From: Phoronis australis
Lineage: Eukaryota > Animalia > Phoronida
DNA: 41,594 nucleotides
Direction of reading: 5' to 3'
Assembly: GCA_002633005.1 (NCBI GenBank)
Contig: NMRA01000013.1
Location: 1-41,594, forward strand
Shown here: piece after piece, positions 9,501 to 21,200 of the stretch
Layout: each line of letters begins with the position of its first letter
Position numbering within the stretch: position 1 is the stretch's first letter
Notes under the pieces: model-generated
The model's database searches: none
What the model saw: the letters and a program-made list of their open reading frames with translations, nothing else
What the model was told of the DNA's origin: nothing
Program-made: the position numbers and the translations under genes

Positions 9501-12209
9501 TTCGTGTGAAGAACGCAGCGTTACCCGGCCACGCAACGTAGAAAGCAGTGGAGAATTACCGTGTGTGTGGCAAGCACTTTCTGCCGTCCGATTACGAAAG
9601 GGATTTGTACGCTGAACTGATGAAGGTCCCTGCAAAACAACGCCTGAAGAAGGATGTGTTTGTGTTGATTCCCGGCAGTGCCCCGTCGCCACCCCCGAGA
9701 AGTGCGTTTTTGAAGCGAGAAGCCTCGCGAGCTGTGGCCAGTACAGTGACTGGAGCCAGTGGAGGCACTTCATCTACTGTCACCCGTGCCTCCGAACGTA
9801 CCCCAGAGCGTGCAATTCCTGGAACCAGTAGTGATTCGCCCTGTGCTGTTTTCTCCAGCCCAGAGCCTCTAAGCAGCCCTGCAGCGATATTGAGTAGTGG
9901 GAGTGATTACAGGCCCAGTTCGACACCCAGTGAAGAGGACAGTTCGTCGTCCAGTGAACAGATCGGTGAGCCAAACTTTGATAAGTTTATTGTGGACTTG
10001 TCTAAAGTGTTGGAGCTATTTAGAAGGTGCCAGGTGTGTGGCGAGGGAGTCACACGACACGATGTAAGCAGTTTGGGTGCTCAGGTCACCATCCAGTGGG
10101 AGTGTGTCGCGGGACACTCTGGCAAGTGGGACAGTTGTTCCTCTGTCCGTGGTATGCCGGAGGTCCACTTAACCATGTCCAGTAGTGGCTTGGCCTCGTC
10201 GAACTCTGAACAGCACAAGCATTCCATTGAGGTAGGCATAACAACGCACACAGTGCATTTGCACCAAGATGTGTCACCACGTCTGTCCTCAGTAGCCGCC
10301 TCGTTTCTCTCAACAGCTGCCTATGCCTGTGCGTACTCTGCCTCGTTACACTCGGGCTCAAACATGTACCCACCCACTGAATGTCCGTGAAAAAATTCCT
10401 CGTCACCACTGCTGTGAACAAGGTCTCCGTCACTCACACTACTGTCACTGTGATACGGGTCACCGACTCCAGCCATTTTCAGCTTACAACACACTAAACA
10501 ATCCCTAAATCCAACGTAGTTGAGTTCTCTACTAACCTATCTTGCCGCAGAATACTCGCCGACGGAAAGTGGTGGCGACAATTGTTGAAAAACAGCACAA
10601 AACAAAAGTAGAATAGAACAGATTCGCACGGTAAAGTCAACGCAAAACCAAGTGGCGGGAAACGCTTGCCTCCTAAAACGTCACTTCCGGAATAGCGGAC
10701 GAGTAATTAATAAAATTACGAAAAGCTGTAATTAAGTGGAAAATATGTCTAGGATAACCAACGAACCTTATTTTAGCTCAAAATGACACGGAAAAAGGTT
10801 GCCTTCGCCTTTAAAGATTCTGCCACTTAGCAAGTGAGATTTAGTCAGACCGTTTGGGTGCGTCCAAATAAGGGTCCAGTCTCGACGTGGCGTTAATGCC
10901 TGTCAATCAGATTTCTCGCCCATAGTGTCCCTAAAATTGCATGTTGTGATGTCATAGCACTGTAAGTACATGTATTTGCTACATGTACAAATTAACACCA
11001 ATAGAACGGCACCGGATAGAAATGTCACTTGACCTAGAGTTAGGAAAACGCTTTGTTACATTGATGTAGTTTTGAAATTACGGTTTGGTTTTAGGAATCA
11101 CGTCAGAAAATGTCGCATACGGGGATACTCCAACTTTCTGCCGTCAGAGATGCAGCGCTAGGCTCAGCAGTAAAACGTCGCTGCTTTTGGATTGTTGAAT
11201 ACACTAATAAAAAACTTGAAAAGTCAAGGTACCAACAACTGACACCAAAAAACGAACGCCAATGGCTCAAAAACGAGACTAAAATTTTGCTTGGCGGATG
11301 TTGCAGCATTGTGGGTAAAAACTGATTCAAGTGTCTCCATGTAATCCAGGACTGTCCTGTTTGATCCTTGAAGATTGCGTATTAGTTGCCATGAAGTGCT
11401 TTGTGTTCGTATACACATGCTGCACAACTTTGAACAAGGAACTTTTGTCTGACCGGTCATATAAAATTCGTGATCTTGTGCTGTATCTTATAAATGTACG
11501 TGATGGCCGCTACGGGTTATTATATCGATAATAGTTATTTTCAAGCTGATTTAAACGAGGGAGAAGTCGAGTTGAAATCGCTTTGCATATCATTGATCTC
11601 TGTATTATAACCCACATTTATCGTCACCTATGCTGTTTAACATATTTATCAAACGTACAACGACCTTTTTAAAATGGGCATTTACTGAATCTAGATTTAA
11701 GCAGCGGCAACACAGGAACTAAATGGCGGGTAGACGCCCAGGTCGAGTTTAGTCCAAACTTGCTTCGTACAGGGACGTGAATGCGAATTTAAATATCTGA
11801 CATCCATTAGAGTGTCCAACAAAGAAGACTTAAAAATAATCTTTTGCGGTTCTTCAAGAAAAGCCATTTTTGCGTAACTTGCTTCAGGAATTAGGAGTTG
11901 GTCTGTCATTTACCAGTAGCAGACGGCGCTGACTGAGGCGTTTCGCGTGTCTAATGTTATTTTAAAAACTCAACTACATAAGCAAAATGTTTGTAAAATT
12001 TCAAGGTTTTCTGTTGCTTGAAGGTGTAAACTCTATTAAATTTTGGTTTTTGTTAGCGTAAGAATGTCGATTACCATAACAACGACTGACTCTTTAACTA
12101 GTCGAATTCGATCATTTCACGTATTTTTCGATAACGTAGAAAATATATCTGAAACTAATTAAGGCCATCCAGATCCTCTTTAGGATACTATTGTTTCATG
12201 AAATGTAGA

Positions 12210-12293
<84 letters not shown>

Positions 12294-15200
12294 AAAGCAA
12301 CAAGAATGAATCAACTGAAATTTTGGGATACAATGACATCCTCGAAAGAAAAATTCATGTGCGTGAAATGAGTGCAACTGGGAGACTGCTATTAAAGGTA
12401 ATGTACGTGAAATGTGTGTTGATGAAATAGACAGTGGGGTAATATAGAACAGAAAACCTAGTTTGTTGAGAATGCCACTTCTGAGTTACAATGCACAATA
12501 CTTGACCAAAGCTTAGATAGAAGTAAAATGACGTATTATAATGAAGCAACTAGCTAATTGCCCTCAGAAATGCACAGAGAGTTCAGTTGAACAAATGTAT
12601 ATGCAATGATGGCAGCATTATTTTGTTATTACCGAACAGCTCATTAGCTACATAATACCACATAAGATCTCACGCTATCAGCAACCCAGAGTTAATAAAA
12701 GTTATGTCAAACCAAAGAACAATTGCAAAAGACACCTAACTTCGCAACACTGTTTCTCGGAAATGGCTCATCGGATTCACTTGCAACATTCAGATATTAT
12801 GCTTTGCGCACTGCTCTTCAAAATGTTTATCAGGAATTGTTTTTAAAATGTCCCACTTTTGTAAAATAAGGATTTCTCGTGTTTGTTTATGAAAAAAAAT
12901 CAAAGTTGGATAAAACAAAGAAGACGCGATAATTTAGAAAACTACAACAATTTTTGAGAATTTATCTTGATTATTCTGATCAAACAAAATTTGGTGAATG
13001 TATTGACCGTTGTTTACCTACCAGTATGAATGCAAATTTCTTTTTTGGTAAATTTTACTAAAATTGTTCGGTATTGTGGGATGGAACTTTGTCAGCTAAA
13101 AATGCAAAAAATTTTGCTTGCTTGATTTTTCACCAGATCTTGCATCATAGTACCGAGTATATTCTTGAATTTGGTTTGGGTTTGCGATGAAATTTAAGTT
13201 GCAATTTTCATTCTCGGGATTTCCTTTAAAAACAGTTCACGGCATTTTGCAGGGACGATTTCTATAGGAGAACAGAAGACTTACAGAAGTCCTCTTCTCT
13301 CTTGCATGCCATGAATTAAGGTCTTGTTTTGCACAATCACTTACAATTATTGAAGACAGTATATTTCAATTCTTCTAAAAGGTTTTCAACGCATGGGAAC
13401 TAACTCAATCCCACAATCTTGATTTTCAAACTTTTGGAGGAATACCTCACCATCACATACAATGCTTTTATGAAACTCGGAAGCAGCATGCTTACTGCAG
13501 CTCATTTTATACCTCATTCTGTAAATGGTCGATTGACAAGTGAAGGTGATTAAATGCCGGCTTGCTAAGGTGGACGCCGGGGGAGGGGACCGTAGAGTTC
13601 GTACCTAATGCATGCCCCCCATGCGAGAAGGAATATTGTGAGACCGATTTTGTGAGCATAAAGAGCCGAATGCCGTTGTCGTTTTTAGCCACCTAAACAA
13701 AGCGAATTGATGTATCAACAAACCCTGAAGTGTACAATTAGTATTCTCCACCGACTTTTGAAGTATCGCAACTTACTGAAAGATCGCAAATTAAAAAATA
13801 GTAAAACACCGATTTTTATTATTTTCTTTATCTCTTTAATTTTTCTTTCTCACAAAACTCAAAATAGTTTACATGTACATGTATGTGAAAAAATGCTTTA
13901 ATAATGCAAAGCAAAAACAAATGCACTATGTTCATATCATTCCACTGAACAAATGCCTTCTAGTTCTTCCCTGCACTCCATTTGCTAAAGATCGCATATA
14001 GGCCTACCACTGCAGGTAAAGGAAAAAGTGTTTTAAAACGTGGTGTAGTCTTATTGTAACAACAGATTTCACAGGAATGACAATCGCCGCAGATTTCTTC
14101 TTGTTCACAAAGGGCGACCTGGCTATTTCTACAAGAAATTATGTCCTGCTTCAGGTGTTCTTATTAACAGTCACCATTTTATAGTAAAGAAGTGACTTGC
14201 TGGATCCAATTAGACAGGATATTTTGCAGTGGACGGGTCAGCAAAAATTGAATTTATTTTGCATCATGGAGTACATGGTTCAAAAATAGTGAAGAAGCAC
14301 CAACACGCGTATTAACAAAGCTTGCAAATGGTTCCAGGTAATCAATGCAATAGGCCCACATGCGGTACAGCGTGTACGAGTCCGACTGCAATTAACAATC
14401 AATTAATCACTTTATAGAATCCCTCTCAAATATGACTGAAAGTCCAGGCAGAAAGGCACATGAAGGAACGTGCTAAATAGGAACAGTTAACCATATGACG
14501 ATGATAAATACAATTGATAAACCATAGAACTATAAGAAGTTCCATGGATAAAGAAACTACACCTTCTCATTTCAAATGCGCTTTTCTACTTGAGATTCAT
14601 GGTGTTGTAACGGGATTTTATGACTGCCTTCCTGTGTCCTTGATTCTCTTAACGACATAATTTTCGTACAGCGCCTAACCGGGTCTTCAGCATACATGTA
14701 CAAGATCTTTACGTCATGTTATTGTGGAACACTGGCATGTGTGTTCTTGTCGTACAGCTGGTCACCCTACACTGTAGCTGGATTTCCATGGCTAAGTAGA
14801 ATCTGTCTAGTTGTTACTGTGCCTAAGACGCCGGCTCTATCCAGGCATTATCTATGCCAGAATACTCTATGGACATCCGAAGATCTCTCAGAGATGCCAT
14901 TACGGCAAGCAATTCCCCAATTCTTGGAATCACTGTTTGCCTACGTTCAGGTATAGTATCTACATGTAGGAGCTGCGCAACCCTCTGGTATAGACCCATA
15001 TCACATGAAATGACAGTTGGATGAGCTTCGTCAACAACCAGCCTCCTCAACTGGCTCGTCTGCATAACAACTGTTAGCAGGGTCGACCACTCGTGGGACC
15101 CCTCTTGAAGAAGTGGTAAGGCACCAATCTCAGTGGGAGACTGGCTTGTAGAGATCAGTGATCCTTTTGTTCTCGTCATTCATCAACAGGCTGGTTACTA

Positions 15201-18200
15201 CCAAACTGATCTGCTATCCGACTGTCAAACGCAAAATGTATTTCCAGTGAGTGGGGCAGAGCTGGATTCCAAAGTAAACATGGGATATGATATCGAAATC
15301 TTCAAAAGTATGTCTCAAATGTCTTTTCAGAAAGACATAGATATATACCATAAATAAAGGTTAACCTGCATTTCTCTGGTTCTTTAAATATTTTCTGGGA
15401 TTTTGTAGCTGCTATAAATAATGCTTTGGAATTCCTAACCCCACAAAATGCGGGTGCAGCCATTAAAACTCATTCTCAGTGACCCAAGGGCGGAGATATT
15501 GGGCAAATCTACAATATTTTAACGGCGCTATTTTGAAAATCCGAGAGGGCCGCCAAGATGGCAGCCAGAAAATGCAATCAATTATTTTTTGATTTGTCAT
15601 TCCTTGAGGTTACCAAAAAGGTATAGTTTCTACTTTCCCCCCAAAAAGTCCAATGTCAAAATTTGGACACAGTGAACCTCACTATTACGTGCGAATTGTG
15701 GAAATGACGAAAACGTACATGAACATGTACACAGTGGCGCTGCCGGATTCTAATCGAAAACAGGTTCCACGTTGTTGGGTTTATTTTGAAAATTGTTTCA
15801 CCTGCGTATGGTTACCTGCTACGAAGAAACTTATCAACATTTCCTTGAGACAGGATTGTTGAAGGAAGAAGCTAAGGCAGAAACATGAGAAACAACTATG
15901 TTGATTTAACAAGACAATTAGTCTAACGATACGGGTGGTTATTAACCTTAATTCTCCAGGTACCGCCAGCTTTTCATTTGGCCCCATCTGAGTACACTTT
16001 GAGTAACAGCATGACTGGGATGAGATTGTATGCAGATCATCGGTCCTAGCCTTTCTGTTGACTGTATACTGGAGGGTAACAGGTCACTACTCCCAAGGTC
16101 TACTACTCTAGTCCACTGCTCCGAAAACCGGCTACTCCAAAACGTTGTCTTTATTTTTTTACTCGATCTTCCTAAATTTTCTCCCAATTTCACTAATGGG
16201 TTATTAATTTGTTACTTTCTAACAAAATTCCCACACAAAATGTAACTTTTTGACAATGAAGTCCAATGGCTTGTTTCTGCCGTTTCTACTGTTTTTTGTA
16301 GTTAACGAATCTTGTATCCTATCGTTGCTTGACAAAGAGAAAATGTATCATTTTATTGTTATGAAATGAAACAAATTTTATTACGTTCATATTTGGTGGA
16401 GACGTGGGTTTCGTCGGAGTAGTGTTTTTTATTTTTTCGGAGTAGTACATGTAGGCCTTCGGAGTAGTTTTTTTGGAATAGTGGACAGTAACAATACTGG
16501 ACGCTTAAGCAACTGCTGAGCTGATGAGCATTTCTACGCCATATGGTTTCTTTAAAGTGTGCCGATACAACTCTCATGAAACTCATGAACACAATGTTTG
16601 ACAAACTATACTTTGCATAACCATCATTTTGCAAATATATCGATCTTGAAACTAGTGAAAATTTAATAAGATTAAAAACTAAATACCAGAAGGCTGTTAG
16701 GTAGTTTTGACCTTTGACCTTTAGTTTAACCTTAAAATGATCTAGCATCAATAAAACAACATCGAAAATCGACTCCTAATCCAAGAAAATGGTATAAACA
16801 ATGCATTATATGACCCTGTTAGACATCAAGTTGAAAAAAACAAAGTGGTCCGAAATTCAAAATAGCTCCATTAGCCATCTTGATTTGCAAAAATTGCAAA
16901 AAGTACAACCAAGCTAAATTTTTTCTCCAGATCATATTTAATATATTTAAACAAAAAACTTTTCAGTAATCAACATTGCAGGGTTCATTGTGGCGCAACA
17001 GTCATTCGCAAACCCAAAAACCACTTCTCTTCCGTGCAAGGAATAAACTGAGAACGAAAAATAAAAAACAATTAAATACAGGTGCTCTGGTACATGTTGT
17101 GCCAGACGTGCATGGGCCATTCAAGTGATTGCACTGATCACCAGAAATAATTTTTATACGTTATTAATTTTTGCATAGAACTGAGCTGGGAAGCTACAGA
17201 ACTGACTCAAAATTCTATAGCTAGCAGCATGCCCCAATCCAGGGGCGGTTCCGGGATTTTGTGAGTTAGGGGGGCAGGGCAGAGTATTAGCCAGGGTTTT
17301 ACCCGTCAGATATTCCCATCCCNCCCCGCCACTGCAATGGAACTCGAAATATTGATCTTGAGTAAAAGCATGGGACACTTAATCCACTAGGCTACACTTT
17401 CACCTCTTTTTTGCTGTTTAGTATGTGGTACTTGGTTTATGTCAAAAGCTCATTTGTTGAACATACCGTGAATTCATAGCCGCTTTTAGAAACGCCTCCA
17501 CGTTCAATTTTACTAGTAGCCCAAAACTCACTTGTGACCACTAATGTTAGGAAAAGCTCGTTTGAATACACCAACTGAGAAATAGAGCCACCCCGACGCC
17601 TTCGTTGTTACAAAGCCGGAAGTTAATTGCATTTTGCTTACACACGAAGCTCATTCTGTCTTATCATAAAAAAGTTAGTAAAAGTGTTTTAAATTTTGAC
17701 GTGATCAAGCTCACACTTTGCTCGTCATCAGCTGGCAGTCTGGCAATTTACATCTATCGTCGCTGTGCATCTGCTCTCTATCTTTTTGATTACATGCCAT
17801 CGTCACCAAAACAATTTTGATAACCTTGAACTGATACTAATTACACAACCAATCACCATAGACACAAAAAGTAATCGCTATGTAATACGAAATTAGGTCA
17901 TGTTCCCTGTGGCCCTTTGAACATACCTTGCTTGGACACGTACATGTATTCGTTTTTATCGATGTAGGATTACGCTGGTCATACCTTTACCTTTGTTTTA
18001 TAGGAAATCGGAAGTCTTACAATGATAACCTACAAGTGTCTGGCACAGAGACTCAACACGACTGTCCTGAAAGAAACGGAATATCGTGGTATGCAGCAAC
18101 TTTTTTGACAGTCAGTTCTTGCGTCGGTATTGGAGTGTTGGAGCTTCCATGGGCCTACAATGTTGCTGGAGGCTTACTGCCTGCCAGTATAGTGCATTAT

Positions 18201-21200
18201 GTAAGTAAGATCGCCCAGTATAACTCATTATGTAAGCATTACCTACATTGTTGTATTAGTCAAATTGGGGTCTCACCCGTCATGATCACAAACTAACATC
18301 TAATGCACAAGCGAGCTATCATTTCAAGAGGGAAAATGTTAAAGGTGAGAATGAGGCGAAGGTGACAAGACATTGGTTCTGCTAGGAGAACAATAGCCTA
18401 ATCTTGAACAGGTCGTTTTAGATCTGTGCATTCAACGGTTCAAAAACAAATTGTAACGCCTAGCTACTTGTTCAAGGAATTTTGTTTCAAAAGTACACAG
18501 ACTTTATTCTTTTTAGCGTAATAAGTAAGCCGAATATGCTGTAAATTTGTATCAAGTTGATTTCATCTTGCCCCTTATACATGTATGTATCCAAACTTTA
18601 TCCCCTAAACGATGGGTGCAATACAGCAATTGTTTACCGTATTGCACCAAACATTGTTCCGGGTACCGAACTCGGACATCGGTTTCGGTCGATCTTTATA
18701 CGCGGAATAATGTCTCGTGGGCTATTATTTGATCTACGCATCTCGTGGTACATTTTGTGTGTGTATTAGTGATCTCGGAAATTCTTTTCGCTTGATGACT
18801 GAGATGGATACGCTTAACATGAACATAACGCCGTACAACACAAACAATTAGATATTACCGCGAAACAAAGGAGTTCGCTTATCATCAGTTCGGTGAACAT
18901 CTCGAAAACGAAGCTATTGGATAGACTCTTACCACACGATGTTCCTTTTTACCCCATGGATGGTTAAGCGAAGGTAGTCACTGGTAAGTGCTAATAACTT
19001 TCGGCGCGATGATTGACTGGAGAATGCGAGACAAGATAAAGGCTGTTTTACTTCACGCACTGTAGTTAAAGCTTCATTTCACATTGTTGGCTGGCTAAAT
19101 ATCAAACTTGGAGTTTTACTCGCATAACAACGGTGTCATAATTTGCCTTAGTGTGATAGGATTCTATTTGCGTTACCAACAACGACTCAAAAAAAAAACA
19201 GTTCGGAGTTTATTGAGGATGGCCAAGTCTGTAATTGCGAATTCAAAAATGCCGCATGAACAAATTGCTCGTCACTTGAGTTTCCGACTTTTTCGGAAAC
19301 AATTGAAGACCGGAAGACCGTGATGATGTATATAAAATCGAAGCGTCTAGGTTGAGAATGTAACACTGACAAATAAACGGAGCGAGATTTAACTACGTTC
19401 CGTCGGGAATAAATAAACATGCACACTGTACATGTAAGTCGGATACTGAAGCAATAGGCCTTTTGCGAGTTTATAACAATAACGCGAGATTATGTGAGAC
19501 TAAACTGTGACGTCACGGGAAGTGGGGCAAAAGCTTGTCGTTTGGTCATTTGCCCAATACGGTAGCAGAGTGTATTCTGTTATTGTCTTCGAGTTTTTAG
19601 CCGTTTAGTTCGAAAAATGCCCAAAAACATTGCTGTTATGGCAAATGAACTTCAGATTCGCACTACAATACGTTCTATCGCGTTCTGTACTAATTTCGTC
19701 CCGTGTATTTCAAANTATTTTGGTGCAATTTTCTAACTAGTTTAGGAAGTTCAGGGGACCCATTCCAAGAAATTGACTTGAGTTCGTTTTTGACTTAACT
19801 CTAAGATTTGTCTCAGCTTCCAAACTTCGAAACTTCCACATGCGATAAGTAAGTCGAACTTAAGGTAAAACTTAAATAAAAAGCTTACGTCAAACTTAAG
19901 TGCACTTTCCTGGAACGGATTTAAGACAAACTGAAGTTTTATTTAAAAGTAGTTGACTTATACTTAATAAGATTTGTCTTAATTAAGTATTCTTTGAACG
20001 GGCCCCAGATATTAAAGAAATCGGTCTGTTTGCTTCCAATCTTCCAGAGTTCAGTGACTGTATCGCGAGTAGAAACATCTAGCCAAAATCACGTTCTCAT
20101 TTAAAATCTCACATAATCTCACGAAGTCTTGCTTTTTAGTGAGATCCCAGCGTAGGACCTGGCGTTACCGAACTCTACCCAGGAGTAGACGATAGTTAGG
20201 TTCAAAGTTCAACAATTCGATTACAATTGTTTACAACGGGCACTAACTTCTATATTTTGTGACTAGTTTCAATTGAAAGCAACCTCTACCTGACTAATGT
20301 GGCAGGTACATCTATGTGGTTTTACGCCTGCTTCCATTAAGCAACCTGCATGAAACTTCACCTCAGCCCATTTCCTAATTTTCGAATGATTACGATTAGT
20401 ACAGCAAACAGTGGTGACAAGTACATGTATGTTTTATGCCAACTCCCTTATCTGTCGGGAAATGTAGCTACTTTTTACGTTTGTTATCGTCATTTTTGTC
20501 TTGGCGTCCAGGCGTCCGGCGTCCACTGATGTATCTCCTAAAACCATTGCAGGAACTTATTGAAATTTGGCACGTGTGTTCGTATAAAGCTGGCGACAGC
20601 TGAGTTTCGCACATATAGTTTGACCGCTGGGCCCCTTAGTGGCAATTAAATTTTAACGTCTGCCCTTGTATCTTCTGAGTTCCTTGATGGATTTTGAAGA
20701 AATTCAGATCAGCAAATATGTTTTTATTAAGGAGACAACGATAATGTTCCATTTTCAGATTTGGCGTATTGTACGCCACATTGCAGCCGCATTTGTTACT
20801 TTTGCGTCCGTTTTCTGACCTCTGCCTCTCTATCTGCCAAACTGCTCATGGATCAGTATGAAAACTTAAGACAACCAACATTGATTTTGGACTCGTCCGA
20901 CTATTGGGTCGCTCTCCAGAGCGATTTTGTTTGTTTAGCGTCTGTGGCCGATTCTCCTTAATCCTTTGAAAGAACTTTGTAAAATTTGAAAGATGTGGTT
21001 GTGCAGGTAGAGCCGAAGACAGACGGTAGGTAACGCTTGACGAACTGATAGAAATACTACTGTGCCCCCTAGTGGTATTTTTTTCATTTGGCTGTGTATC
21101 GCCGTACTTCATTCATTAATGTATTGTCATGAAATTCGGAAAGTAGAACTGTACTACGCTTCTGATAATGAGAATGCCTTCCCATCGTCGGACGGATTTG

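Larger units (their letters stand above)
9124..10810. mobile_element. Kolobok-type DNA transposon, internally deleted, with 158-bp TIRs (element B)
   Basis: TTAA TSD at 9120-9123 and 10811-10814. Ends are AGGCGAAGG...CCTTCGCCT. TIRs at 9124-9281 and 10653-10810 differ at 8 positions by my count. Encodes THAP + zinc finger (+) and a Cys-rich KolX fragment (-). Confidence 0.92.

Noticed and set aside
10186-10390. C-terminal part of the 280-aa ORF as real protein
   Set aside because: It is antisense read-through of the KolX fragment beyond the deletion junction.
11540-11910. Crypton-like element (AACGAGGGAGAAGTCGAGTT motif, 70-aa - strand ORF)
   Set aside because: Only a degenerate motif resemblance. 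No recombinase residues or boundaries identified.
12700-13229. Third Kolobok-like end (GGGATTTCCT-TTAA at 13229)
   Set aside because: No matching partner TIR found.
15020-15050. LVVDEAH as a RecQ/DEAH helicase motif II
   Set aside because: The flanking sequence follows a transposase pattern and there is no Walker A or other helicase motif, so it is likely coincidental.
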